This document shows, piece by piece, positions 1-10,828 of a stretch of DNA of 64,000 bases. This DNA comes from a virus (lineage: Duplodnaviria > Caudoviricetes), in the IMG/VR virus record IMGVR_UViG_3300038345_000144; one strand, written 5' to 3'. A program made the position numbers and the translations under genes. Numbering within the stretch: position 1 is the stretch's first letter; each line of letters starts with the position of its first letter. The notes beneath the pieces are model-generated. The model made no database searches. It was not told where the DNA came from and saw only the letters and a list, made by a program, of their open reading frames with translations.

Positions 1-40
1 ATTTTGTATGTCTGCCCCCATAATTTTTAAGTTTTTTCTG

Positions 41-298
41 TTATGCGTCGGCAATTACCAGATGTTCAGTTGTTCTCACGGAACGCTTGACGAAAGCATC
101 GGCAAGTCCCTTATCAATGATGAAGTCCCAAGCCGCATCTTCTGTGTTAAATCTCTTTGCTCTGCCCATCCAGTATGATGTTCCAACTTCTCCGTTATCC
201 TCAACATCATCAGTAACGAACAGGTTTACAAAACCGCCACATACCTTCGTAAGAGGTACTCCAACTACATAACTAACGATGCACTTTTCAATAACCAT
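41..298 (-). CDS. hypothetical phage protein
   Basis: ORF 41..358; start moved to ATG at 298 (MVIEK) because it follows an AAGGA RBS and the upstream part overlaps a promoter. Confidence 0.6.
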   Translation of the reverse strand: MVIEKCIVSYVVGVPLTKVCGGFVNLFVTDDVEDNGEVGTSYWMGRAKRFNTEDAAWDFIIDKGLADAFVKRSVRTTEHLVIADA

Positions 299-337
299 AA
301 CAATATCCTTTCTCAACAACTCTTTGTTGTTGTGCAT

Positions 338-367
338 ATTATACCAAATCCGTAACACATTTGTAAA
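338..367 (-). promoter_or_regulatory. sigma70-like promoter TTTACA-N18-TATAAT
   Basis: minus strand TTTACA (367-362), 18 nt, TATAAT (343-338) with TG upstream of -10. Confidence 0.75.
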
Positions 368-435
368 GTGTCTTACGCCTTTTGGTATTTCTTTATTATA
401 ATTAAATAGCCTTTCGCAGGGCTTGGATATTGATA

Positions 436-552
436 TTACTTGGTTTTTTGCTTGTCTTCACAACCGTCTCTGTGGTCACAATTACGGCAAGGGCAGTGGC
501 AATCGCCATCTACATTGTAAGGACAACCTCTGTTATTACTCGGACATTTCAT
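436..552 (-). CDS. small Cys-rich protein (MKCPSNNRGCPYNVDGDCHCPCRNC...)
   Basis: 38-aa ORF read by hand; start abuts the stop of 553..885. Confidence 0.5.
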   Translation of the reverse strand: MKCPSNNRGCPYNVDGDCHCPCRNCDHRDGCEDKQKTK

Positions 553-885
553 TTAGTCAGCCACCTTTTCTGTTTCGTTATTCATAAACTGGATGAAGTA
601 TTTAGCCTCATCAGTATCTATGATACCTCTCTGGCAATCCTTGAGACCCTGATTGTAGCGTTCATCACCCTCAATCTTGTCCATCTTGCGAGAGATATTA
701 ACCAGTTTATCAATTTCTTCGTATTTTGCAAGTCTATTCTTATAAACCCACATACGACTCTGGGCTACGGCAACCTCATCACGGTCCTTTGATGTGGCAA
801 TAATCTGCTCACAAGAAGCAATCGCATTTGATAAATCCTGCCTCTGTACCAGCGTTCCTACGAACTGAACATCATAATCGGTCAT
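553..885 (-). CDS. hypothetical protein sharing YNQGxKDC...TDxAKYF motif with 33516..33830
   Basis: ORF track, AGGAG RBS, motif comparison. Confidence 0.7.
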   Translation of the reverse strand: MTDYDVQFVGTLVQRQDLSNAIASCEQIIATSKDRDEVAVAQSRMWVYKNRLAKYEEIDKLVNISRKMDKIEGDERYNQGLKDCQRGIIDTDEAKYFIQFMNNETEKVAD

Positions 886-2728
886 AACTTTCCACTCCTT
901 TATTATTCTTCAATTTTATAAAAGGCTACTCCACAACGACTACAATGCTTTGGAGGAATTCCATCATCATTATCGTCATACCATTCAACAGACGCTCCGC
1001 AAGCAGAACAAACGCCCTGATTGTACCCGTCATCCGACAATTTTACTGTAAGTACGGCAGGTACGGAATACTTGCCAATAATGTCAAGCACCTGATTTAT
1101 CTGAACATAGTCTTTGCCATCTGCACCACTCTTTTTAGTTTCTAACTTACAGATGTCCTTCTTGATTTCTTCATTTGCAGGTAAATAAGGCTTACTCTGG
1201 GTTCTTCTAACCAACTCATCAGTTATCAGACTTCGCATTTCGAGGTCTGCCTCTGTCTTTGCCTTATAATTAAGTTCTTCAAGCGATAGTGTTTGTAACC
1301 ACGCTCTTGTTTTAAGAATTGTATCGTTGTCCATTTTTAGTTCCTCTTTCACTTCTTACGCTCATAATAGCATATTGTCTACTAATAGGTAAAGGGTTAG
1401 ACTGAATTTCTAACCCTTAAATTCAATTCCATATTCTTCTAATGTCTTGATAATTCTCTCTGCCTTATGCCCATCAGTCTCCTTAATGCAGGCTCCGTGA
1501 GCAATATAATACATACCGTTCTCAAGCCAAATGGTCTTAACGCCGTCCTCAATAACGAACTCGTTAATGTTCAGACCCTCTGCAAAGTCCAAGAATTCCT
1601 CTGGCTCGTCAATAATCGAATAACACTCTTCAATAATCTGCTGAATAGGTTTCATTACGGTAACTCCTTTAGAAAAATTCCCTTTTAGGTGGTGTCGAGT
1701 CTATTACCTTCTGTATAGCAGAACGAATGTTCTTTTCTGCGAGAGCCTCTAATTCTGCTGGAGATTTATTGTACTTCTTACAATATTCTTCAAGAATATT
1801 CATATCAGACATAAAGAACCACTCTTTAGGGATAGCCAACTGTTGCCACTCCCTATCGAAGGTGAAAACCTCAACGAGAAACTCGCTTTCTCTATCCTGC
1901 TGAATATTTGCCTGACAATAACGGAACCCACACAGGTCAAGAATATGACCGATGTTAGCCATTATTTCCAAATATCCCTGATAAGCAGTACGGATTTCAT
2001 CTTTATTAGCAAACATTTGTTTGTCTCCTTACTTACTTCTGTACTATTATTAGTCCCAACTCCTGGTCCAACCTTTTGCCCAGCCATTCTTTGCCTGTTC
2101 GTCATCGAAGGCTTGGTTCTTCATAGCCCTTTCCATAAGTTGCATAGTCTTATAGCAAGGTCGGTCTGTCTTACCACAAGTAGGATATGTTTCAAAACCA
2201 CCGCAAGATGGTCTGGGGTTCAAACAATATCCATCAATAATGTCTTTGGTTTCTTTTTCGTAGCCCATAACAATTACTCCTTTAGTTTTGGAACCTTGAT
2301 TTAAGTTCATCGTATTTTGACATCATTTTCTTTGCACATTCAGGGCAATATTCCTTTGGTATCTTACGGGAAACCATTTCATATCCGCATACAGCACACT
2401 TATATCTGTGCTTTGCAAACAGTCCCGTTCCCTCACTTCCAACTTCTATCCAATTGTTTTTTATCTGATTATTATTTTCCATATCCATTATCTCTCATTC
2501 TCTTCTACATCTCTTAAAAGAATATCCCTGATGGTGTTGGGGGGTCTCATATTACGCCTTTCAGAATAAAATTCACACCAGCCTCCAAACTTTCTAAAAG
2601 GACATTCCTTCGAACAACTTACTCCTTTGTTTCCTGCCATACCAGTCTGTTTCTTATAAAAATCACAAATCATAAGAGCGAGTTCTCTCGGTGGTAAGGC
2701 TTTTACCTGCTCAATAAACACATCTAAA

Positions 2729-3022
2729 TTATTCATTAAGTTTCAGACCTCCTCCACAATATTTGCACTGTCCATCGTCAAATCGACTTTGTTTCCCGCA
2801 GAACGGACAGGTAACAATCTTCTGTTTCTTATACTCATTTTCCTCGGCTTCTTGCTGTTTTGCTTTAATCTCGGAAGCCTTCTGTATCATTTCTCGGTTA
2901 TTCTTACCTACACGGGTAAAGTATTTTACCAAGAAGATGATAACGGCTACGGTAGGGATTGATGCCATAAACATCAAACCGAAAGTCTGTAAGATAACCC
3001 AAAGTACATCACCACTATTCAT
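2729..3022 (-). CDS. single-TM protein with C-terminal zinc ribbon (paralog of 43262..43555)
   Basis: N-terminal hydrophobic helix; CPFCG...CKYCGGGLKLN. Confidence 0.75.
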   Translation of the reverse strand: MNSGDVLWVILQTFGLMFMASIPTVAVIIFLVKYFTRVGKNNREMIQKASEIKAKQQEAEENEYKKQKIVTCPFCGKQSRFDDGQCKYCGGGLKLNE

Positions 3023-3284
3023 TATTATCTCCTAACTTGGCTCCACAATACTTGCAGGTATCAGCCTCACCGATATTGGTCATTCCACAATATTTACAGG
3101 TAATCATCTGTGTACTTGCTAACTTGTCATCTGCCTTTTTCTCGGCTTCTTTAGCCACTTTATCAAAGTTCTGACGCTCTTCGTTGTGTTTCTTCTTACT
3201 TACTACTCCAATATAAATAAGCAGTCCAATAAGACCGCCGTACACTGCCATAGAAAGAATAAGTGAACCTATCCAACCACCCAT
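3015..3284 (-). CDS. single-TM protein with C-terminal zinc ribbon (paralog of 43548..43808)
   Basis: TM helix; CKYCGM...CKYCGA. Confidence 0.75.
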   Translation of the reverse strand: MGGWIGSLILSMAVYGGLIGLLIYIGVVSKKKHNEERQNFDKVAKEAEKKADDKLASTQMITCKYCGMTNIGEADTCKYCGAKLGDNNE

Positions 3285-4933
3285 TTGTTGTTATCCACCT
3301 CTTTCATAGCAATATAGATGAGACCCTCGGTATAGTCCATACCCTTAATCTCATCCTTATACTTCGCATATTCTTCAGGAATACTATCATAGTCAAAGCC
3401 ACACTGGATAGCCCACTCAATCAATAATTTCAGAGCAGGGTTTTCCTGTATTGCCTTAATGCCTTTTTCAAGAGAATAATAATAATCCAAGTCCTCGGAG
3501 TTAGTAGATACCACAAGTTTCTGTACTGTTTTAAGGTTTTTTATAGCCACCTCATCGGTGACTCTCTTCTTACTCTCTTCGGCTTTTGCTTTTACTTTTA
3601 CAGGGTCAAGTGCCATATTACTGCTCCTTTTCTTCCCAATGTGTAGGCTGGTCAAATGTAATCCAACCGTCTATGTAGTCTAAATAACCATTCTCGCAAC
3701 CCTCACAAGTCTGGCTATTTTCATACTTACAGTTATAACAATCTTTGATATTATCACACATATATATTATCACCTTTTCATAGTCGCACCGCAACGACAA
3801 GTATTACTTAACTGGGAAACATCTTCTACACTGACTGCCCTACCACAAAAAGAACACCTAAACCAGTCCTTATATACGCCCTGATTACGCTCTCTCTTCC
3901 ACTTTGCAACGGTTCCCTTTGGTGCTTCAGGACAACTAACGAAATTAGCATTTTCCTTACACTCCAAACAAGGTTCTTTCAAATCTACACCGTAATATCG
4001 GCAATCCTCACACTTCATAGTCAGTCTCCTTATACTAATGTTAAGTTGTCCTTCTTGTATAACGCATAACCAAATGGCATAGGCGACCAAGACTTGATTT
4101 CGTCGGCATAGTCTAATTCTACACCTGCATCTTCAGGGTCAACCCAACACCACTTGTCTTTATGGTCGTTTGTACTGTTCTTGGGTAAGAAAGTCCACCT
4201 TGCCATACTTACTACATTTCCCTCGACAGGGTTAATGGGAATAGTAACAAGATAAAGACCTGCCTCTTCAGGAGGTCTTACTGAACAGAGCGTCCACTGG
4301 AGAACTTCCTTTTCGTTACCAACTGCCAAACATTCTTTCTTCTTTTGCTTCAGGTATTCTTCTCTCTGCTTCGCCCATTTAAGATATTCTTCTTCAGTTA
4401 CCTGCTTACGAACAGTTCCGCAACCGACACAAACCAACTCATAAGTTGAGTAGCCCGCCGCATCGGTGTGTTTTACCATCTTAAAATATTGGCACTTACA
4501 TTTTTTGCATACACCAGTCTTACTCATTATTTGCCTCTTTCGATGCTAATTCAATCTTGTTAAGTTCTTCTTCGACTTTTTCAATATAATCAACCGTAGG
4601 GTCATATCCTTCCTCAAGAAGAGCCAGTTCCCTTTTAGCCTGACGTTCAATCTGCCACTTATTGATAGTGTAAATCAACATATTGTTGGTGTTGCTTACT
4701 TCACCAATAAAAGCAGTCAACTTATCCTTGTCATAGTCGTAAGAATGAGAAATCCACTCATTCTCACACGCAATACAGGTAAACTTAAAGAACTTATTAT
4801 ATGAGTCAGACTCACACGGCACAATTTGAGGTAGCCAGTGTGAGTGTCCACATTTAGGGCAAACATATCCCTGTGATAAAGCCTTACGCTTCCTGTATGC
4901 TAACTTGTTCATTTCATCTTCCATTTTTTACTC

Positions 4934-5500
4934 CTAATTATCCTGTGGTTTTCCAAATGGGAATTCCACCTTATAGACTGTCTTGTAGCCTGTATAGCCG
5001 TTCAATTTTTTCATTGAAGGCTCGTAACAATCTATATGCTTTCCACGGACCCCCGACCCCGTATCTTCGCAACGGTAAAGTCGTCCGTCCACCTCTATAT
5101 ATGTTCCAAAACCAAGCACACGAACATCGCTCGCACAAGTAGTAATGTTACCCTGATGTACTGTGGTTCCACTGGCTGTTTTCTTACAACCAGTTTCTTT
5201 ATCACTATAAGCGGTAATGTAATATGTACCGATAGGCTTTACCGCATAAAACAAAGCACTCATATTTACTTCTTCTTCAAAATGAGCGTAGAATTCAGGC
5301 TCAATATCTTTTGCTGTTTCCTTTTGGGGATTACTCTTCCAGTAAACATAATGCTCAAAGTAGTCGGGCATTTCAATAACCAATGTCTCGACTGGTGCTT
5401 CTTCATAAACAATGGTCTGACAAGCAAGCATACCAAAGAGAGTTATGAGCATACATAACGCTGAAAGTATTGTGATTTTAGTAAAAAAACTTGTACTCAT
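4934..5500 (-). CDS. 3D-domain protein (peptidoglycan lytic transglycosylase-like) with signal/lipoprotein N-terminus
   Basis: ITAYS...TASG...ASD..VLGFGT.IEVDG..Y..EDTG..VRGKHID motif string; hydrophobic N-terminus ending MLAC. Confidence 0.85.
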   Translation of the reverse strand: MSTSFFTKITILSALCMLITLFGMLACQTIVYEEAPVETLVIEMPDYFEHYVYWKSNPQKETAKDIEPEFYAHFEEEVNMSALFYAVKPIGTYYITAYSDKETGCKKTASGTTVHQGNITTCASDVRVLGFGTYIEVDGRLYRCEDTGSGVRGKHIDCYEPSMKKLNGYTGYKTVYKVEFPFGKPQDN

Positions 5501-5534
5501 TTTAATTATTATCTACCTTAACTAATGTAAAATA

Positions 5535-5564
5535 AGTATATCATATAGTCTGACGGATTGTAAA
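5535..5564 (-). promoter_or_regulatory. promoter TTTACA-N18-TATACT
   Basis: hexamers read upstream of the 3D gene. Confidence 0.65.
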
Positions 5565-5568
5565 CCCA

Positions 5569-5865
5569 TCAGTTCTTGTCGGCTTCTACAAGAGTGGGAA
5601 GGGCATTTACACGATACTGATGACAAATACCGTAATCACACTTCTGACAAGTAAGGTCGTAGGAAGGCGGGCAGTCCATAACATTATTAGGACATCTGAA
5701 ATAGATAATCTTGCTGACATCCTTCAATGCTCCGTGACCCTTTGGCAATACTGTGCCGTTTCTAATTAACGAATAAAATGAGCGAGCGTCAAGGCTTTCA
5801 AAGTAGTCCTTAAAGTCGCCTGTTTCCATTACTTCATCGGGGATTGTAATTACTACTTCTGCCAT
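5569..5865 (-). CDS. phage hypothetical protein, 'I.IPDE...NGT.LP.GHG.L.D' family
   Basis: similar to 31285..31542, 31548..31841, 32058..32354. Confidence 0.7.
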   Translation of the reverse strand: MAEVVITIPDEVMETGDFKDYFESLDARSFYSLIRNGTVLPKGHGALKDVSKIIYFRCPNNVMDCPPSYDLTCQKCDYGICHQYRVNALPTLVEADKN

Positions 5866-6152
5866 TAGACTGCCTCCTGCTCCTTTTCAAGGTTCTTGTA
5901 ATACTCTTCTGTTGATACAGGAACAGATGAAGTCTCTGCCTTCTTATCTCGGATGTTCTCTGTATTAGGTCTTCTCAACATAGCACCAAATGTGCAACCC
6001 AAACCAGCAACTCCGCAAATGCAGAAGCCTGTACCAATCATCTTATAAAGCAGTACGGGTGTTGCTACTGTAAAGTAAAGGCATACGAAAATGCCGATAA
6101 TTCCTGTAACTACTGTAATAATGTCGATTGTCTTTCTTGTCATAGTATTCAC
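5865..6152 (-). CDS. two-TM membrane protein
   Basis: two hydrophobic helices. Confidence 0.65.
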   Translation of the reverse strand: MNTMTRKTIDIITVVTGIIGIFVCLYFTVATPVLLYKMIGTGFCICGVAGLGCTFGAMLRRPNTENIRDKKAETSSVPVSTEEYYKNLEKEQEAV

Positions 6153-6173
6153 CTCTTTCTTTGTGATGATTTT

Positions 6174-6203
6174 ATTATACCAATAGCGTTATGATTTTGT
6201 AAA
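6174..6203 (-). promoter_or_regulatory. promoter TTTACA-N18-TATAAT
   Basis: exact hexamers with TG extension. Confidence 0.75.
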
Positions 6204-6278
6204 GTATATAAATAAGAAAAAACAAAAAAGATAGGACATAAAGCCCTACCTTCCTTGTAATAAAAGCGATTGTGTAAA

Positions 6279-6671
6279 TTACTTGTTAGCCTTCTTGCCT
6301 CTGTTCTTCTTTGCTTCGACAAACTCTGTATAGAAATCTTCCATTCTACGCTTTCTCTTGTTGATTGTCTTGGCTCTCATAGTAAGATTGTGGCAGTAGT
6401 CGTCAAGTTCTTCCTTGCTGGTGATGACATAGTAACCGTTCCTATCTGCCGCCAGAGGCATATGGTACAGATAAGCACATTCCTTAATCATCTTTCTGAC
6501 TATCTGATGTGTGTCATCTTCGTCAATCTCAAGGAGTATGGCAATCTCGCCTGAAGTGATACCGTGGTCTCTGCCCTTATGTGCAAGAAGAATTGACTTC
6601 AGTGCCTTCATTTCAGGGCTTGCCTTCTTTGTTTCTACTAATCTCATAGATTTGAAATCCTCCATTTTCAA
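6279..6671 (-). CDS. winged helix-turn-helix DNA-binding protein
   Basis: ITSGEIAILLEI...VRKMI....P......GYY pattern typical of phage wHTH proteins; own promoter TTGACA-N17-TATCGT at 6728-6700. Confidence 0.6.
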   Translation of the reverse strand: MKMEDFKSMRLVETKKASPEMKALKSILLAHKGRDHGITSGEIAILLEIDEDDTHQIVRKMIKECAYLYHMPLAADRNGYYVITSKEELDDYCHNLTMRAKTINKRKRRMEDFYTEFVEAKKNRGKKANK

Positions 6672-6765
6672 TAGGGTTTCGTAACTTGGTTACAGAACTA
6701 CGATAGCACAATAAATAAAATGTGTCAAGGGTTTTACCAATAAAAATAGTGCCATTTCTGACACT

Positions 6766-6810
6766 ACTTCAATTTACTTCAAAGTCAACTTCAAAGTCAA
6801 CTTCAAAGTT
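6766..6810. repeat. 12-bp tandem repeat ACTTCAAAGTCA x~3 plus one degenerate unit
   Basis: acttcaattt acttcaaagtca acttcaaagtca acttcaaagtt. Confidence 0.8.
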
Positions 6811-6836
6811 GTTTGTAAAGTTCTTTACCTATAAGT

Positions 6837-8807
6837 TTAGGGGTCAAACTGTTCCATTCTCTTAACTAATCTAACTGGGTGCTTACTGGTAAAGGTACAA
6901 TAAGTCTGCATCTGAAGGTCAAACGCATTTACTGGCTGTTTAACGGCATCAGGTATTGCCTGTCTTAACTTGATATAGCGATTACCATTACCTAACGCAA
7001 ACACGGCTCCCATAGGGATTACATTGAAATCTACTGATAAATCTGTCATATTACTTCTGCTTAATAATGATTACTGGAAGTTCCTGTTGGTCTAACTGCT
7101 CGGTTTCTATTGCCATTAACTTACCATAGGTATCAAAATATCTCTTACTATATTCCGTGGTAATTTCAACAGAGCCAATATCGGAAAAGACCGTTGTGGT
7201 GTCAAAAATATGTTCAAGACACTCATAACTTTCGCCTGGTTTTATTTCTTCGTGGTCAATAACAATTTTTACTTCCGTCTGGTTCTTTATAATCATTATT
7301 CTTCTCCTTTCTCATTTTCAAGGTCTGTTTTTAAGATTAAATCACCACATACCTTGCACTTTAGGTAGTGCTGGGCATATGGACCATACGCTCTTTCATC
7401 TGGTTCAGCGTAAATATGATGACCACGCCTTTTACACATATTCTGTCTTGCTTTATATCCGTTCATATATGTATTATACCGCAAATTATTCAAAATACTC
7501 TGCAAAAAGCCCACTATGTAGTGTTCTTGCGGTATGCTTGGTCGCTGTTTCCATAAAACGCTTTACATTAGCAGGTACAGTTTCAGGCTTTCTATATGAC
7601 TTACATCTATATCCTGCTTGGTCTTCATATCCGACACTACAATCATAAACTGACTTGTCGGGGTTATAAGTTACGCCTACTGACTTAATTTCAATCATTC
7701 GTCAATCCTTTTTCTTTTATAAGCACTCGTCTTACGGAGTTCTTTATATTCTTCTTTAGTAATCATAACAGCCTGAAGTACAAAGTTGTTGTGTTTAACA
7801 CTCGGCATCTTCTTCGCAATAGAAATCGCACTTAATATATCTTTTGCTTTAATAGCAAAAGTAATGGGTTGATAACGACCCGTGCCACAATGTCCTTGTT
7901 TTGCTGTTACTTTGAAATAAGGCATTTATCGGTTATACCAAATAACAAATGGGTATTGTGCTATAAATTCCTTTGTAATATTTTTCCAGTCAATATCATA
8001 ATCCCATACGGACTTATCGGTTTCAAATTTACCGTCGTGTAATCTACCGTTTCCGTCATATTCAATAAAACAGCCTTCCTTAACATATCTTTGGAATTCC
8101 CTTGTGGTAAATACATCACCAATAGGGGTGACGGCTTGTACTTCCTTTTTAGCCTGTGTGGGAATATTCTCCCAAGCCAAGTTTTCATCTTCATTGGCTT
8201 TAATCAACTGATTTTTAACCTTATTAAACTCTCGCTTGATTTCTAAAAATCTGGACATATCTGCTCTGGCTTCTGGAGAGTGCATTTCTTCCATTAAGCG
8301 TAAACAGGTTTGTTCCAATTCTTCTCTATCTTTCTTAAAAAGTGTATATGCTTTTAGAGCCTCGTTAATCAAGGCAAGTCTTTCTTCGGCTTTTGTCATA
8401 TCAAATACTCCGTTTCTGAATTATTGCTTACGGTTATTTAGTAATTCTTGACGCTTTTCTTCACTAATAGGTGTATATTGAGGCTTAAACGGAATTGCCT
8501 TATCTATTGCAACACCAATCATACAAACCAAAGCACCACCAATGCACATCAAAAACATTTTTTCATCGTACAATGCGGGCTTGAGAATATAAGAAATACC
8601 GCCTGCTCCTAAACAAGATATAGCAACAATAGTTAAAAATACCTGAATAGGAATAGGCTTATCACTTAATGAGCGTATTATAATGCACCGTCTATGTTCG
8701 TCTCGTTCCATTTGAGCCAAAGAGTTAACCTCGGCTACATATTGATTAACGGCATTTTGTTCTCTGTTTAATTTATGTCTTTTGAAAAATTCTTTTAACT
8801 TACCCAT
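6837..8807 (-). other. cluster of 7 small hypothetical genes
   Basis: ORFs 6837..7049, 7051..7296, 7296..7514, 7486..7698, 7695..7925, 7926..8399, 8421..8807 (last has 2 TM helices). Confidence 0.7.
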
Positions 8808-8813
8808 ATTTCA

Positions 8814-9926
8814 TTACTCCTGTACGGTTGTTTTGTTATCCGAAGTATAAATCTTTTCAAATGGCAGTCTCTTAATAGCAACATCACCAGTCTTGGTCAT
8901 AATCAAGCCGTCTGTATAGTTGGTATGTGTAACCAAGATATGAGGCTCAAGATTAGGGCAATCAGCCTTAATACGCTTAACCAAATCATCAACAGAGTCA
9001 AATCTGCCATAACGAATAGACTCCTGCCACTGGTTGTGAACATTTGTTTCGTCGATAGGACCGTAGAATGTGTCCTCAACGAAATTACCTCTGCCGTGTC
9101 GTGTAAGATAAGGGCGAGTTACATAGATAGCCTCGTCCAGTGTCTTACCATACTTCTTCAGACAGGCATTTACATTATAAAGACCTGTCTTGGACGGAGT
9201 TCCGTGAACCATATCAAAGTCTCCGTCAATAAGTAATCCCTGACCGTTCTCAAAGATGATGTTATCATACTTATCAAAGAGTTCGCCCAAATCAACGATA
9301 CGCACCTTTTCGACATTGTTCTTAATCTCTACTACATAGTTAAAGATTGTAGCACTGTCCAAGAGCATATCCTTATACATACTATCGCTGTTGCGATACT
9401 TCTGGGCATACTTTAACAACTTTGGAATACTATACTTTTGTCTGATGTCTTTCAAAAGGAAGAACAATTGTTCTATTGAGAGTTTCTGAACCTGCTCTAT
9501 GGTAACGCCAAAACCAGCGTTATTACGGTATACGCACTCCCAAATACCCATACCACAACTTCCTGCTTTGTCCTGTGTTTCCTTAAAGCAATTAAGAAAA
9601 ACATCGTCAATCAGTGTGATTTTAGTATTTTTGTCACAAAAGATTACTGGTGCTATCCCAGTGAGTTTCTGGAAGTCTCCGTATTCTTTACCAAGAGTGT
9701 ATAGGTCAGGGTGATATGTGTCTGCCCAATAGGTATCAGCACCGTTGAAAGAGCCAGAGGATAATTCGTGAAATACGAACTTCTTGTCTCCGATTTCAAC
9801 AGTATGCCCTGATTGAGCACCGCCATTATGTCTGATTACTAAATTCTTTCCCTCTTGGCTAAAGTGGTTTACGGCAAGTCCTTTACCTTCATCACCGAAA
9901 TTAGCACCAATAATCGCCTTTATCAT
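8814..9926 (-). CDS. divergent adenylosuccinate synthetase-like (PurA-family) ligase
   Basis: GANFGDEGKG, RHNGGAQSGHTV, FENGQGLLID, YVTRPYLTRHG motifs; Asp (not Ser) in the P-loop; lacks the canonical TTGRxR loop. Confidence 0.9.
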   Translation of the reverse strand: MIKAIIGANFGDEGKGLAVNHFSQEGKNLVIRHNGGAQSGHTVEIGDKKFVFHELSSGSFNGADTYWADTYHPDLYTLGKEYGDFQKLTGIAPVIFCDKNTKITLIDDVFLNCFKETQDKAGSCGMGIWECVYRNNAGFGVTIEQVQKLSIEQLFFLLKDIRQKYSIPKLLKYAQKYRNSDSMYKDMLLDSATIFNYVVEIKNNVEKVRIVDLGELFDKYDNIIFENGQGLLIDGDFDMVHGTPSKTGLYNVNACLKKYGKTLDEAIYVTRPYLTRHGRGNFVEDTFYGPIDETNVHNQWQESIRYGRFDSVDDLVKRIKADCPNLEPHILVTHTNYTDGLIMTKTGDVAIKRLPFEKIYTSDNKTTVQE

Positions 9927-10807
9927 ACTTCTATAACGCTTCCGTAGTTATCGAACTGAACATTCTTAATTGCACTGTTGACAATTCTCTGAACAGACGG
10001 GTCCAAATCACCAAGAATGTCCGTAGGGTTCTTACCCAAAACCTTACAAATAACTGTAATGATGACTTCAGGGAGATACTTTACAGATGTCTGGTCAATA
10101 GCAAGTGTCCTACCAGGAACCTGACTATGATTGTTCTGATAACCGTCAATGTTGATATGGAAAAGGTGGTACTTCTCTTCACAGAGTTTTCTTGCTTCAG
10201 ATGTTGGCATACTTTCACGATTTTCCTTAAATACCTTCTTGAATGTGTAGTCATAGATAGTATCGTGAACAGCCTCGTCACCGATAGTAAAAGCAAATCC
10301 CTTCTGATTTCTCTTCTTCATAGAGTCTGTATCTGTGTGCTTTGCAAGGAAATACCAGAACAACTGATAGTCCTCACCACCGTTACCATAACCGCCACCT
10401 TCAAGCCAGAGTTCCATTAACTGCTCGCCAATACGAATATCAGACTCGAACTGTGTAACCTGAAGTGGTGCGTCGTCCTTATAGTCGCCACAAGCGGCAA
10501 ACATCAACTGGGGGTCAGGAATAACCTGCGAAGCATACAACTTCTTCATAAGTTCGTCCAAACCGTTCTTAATAATCTCTGTTGGGAGATAACCCATAGA
10601 ACCTGTAACATCAAGTCCAATGGCGATAGGTGTAGAGTGCGGATGCTCGTCACTATCTCTGGACTCTCTAACTCCAATATACTTCGGGTCGAACTTCTCC
10701 AAGAGATTTCTATTCTTAAAGATTTCTCTTTCGTTAGAGTCGCTCTTAATCGCCCTCGATGCCTTCAACTTGTTCCAATCGCTGGATGTGTAACTTCCAC
10801 TGCCCAT
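9923..10807 (-). CDS. vWA-domain protein
   Basis: MIDAS-like LDVTGSM, GGGYGNGGEDY, FTIGDE. Confidence 0.85.
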   Translation of the reverse strand: MGSGSYTSSDWNKLKASRAIKSDSNEREIFKNRNLLEKFDPKYIGVRESRDSDEHPHSTPIAIGLDVTGSMGYLPTEIIKNGLDELMKKLYASQVIPDPQLMFAACGDYKDDAPLQVTQFESDIRIGEQLMELWLEGGGYGNGGEDYQLFWYFLAKHTDTDSMKKRNQKGFAFTIGDEAVHDTIYDYTFKKVFKENRESMPTSEARKLCEEKYHLFHINIDGYQNNHSQVPGRTLAIDQTSVKYLPEVIITVICKVLGKNPTDILGDLDPSVQRIVNSAIKNVQFDNYGSVIEV

Positions 10808-10828
10808 TTTTAATTACTCCTTTCGTTA

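Larger units (their letters stand above)
903..4924 (-). other. cluster of ~13 tightly packed small hypothetical genes, many with CxxC zinc ribbons
   Basis: overlapping or abutting ORFs 903..1352, 1410..1655, 1669..2016, 2050..2310, 2282..2488, 2488..2736, 3269..3616, 3618..3800, 3770..4018, 4030..4527, 4520..4924 plus the pair below. Confidence 0.7.

Noticed and set aside
8814-9926. PurZ (2-aminoadenine DNA pathway)
   Set aside because: P-loop is GDEGKG with Asp, not the Ser of PurZ; no DatZ/MazZ neighbours; context is vWA/kinase-like.
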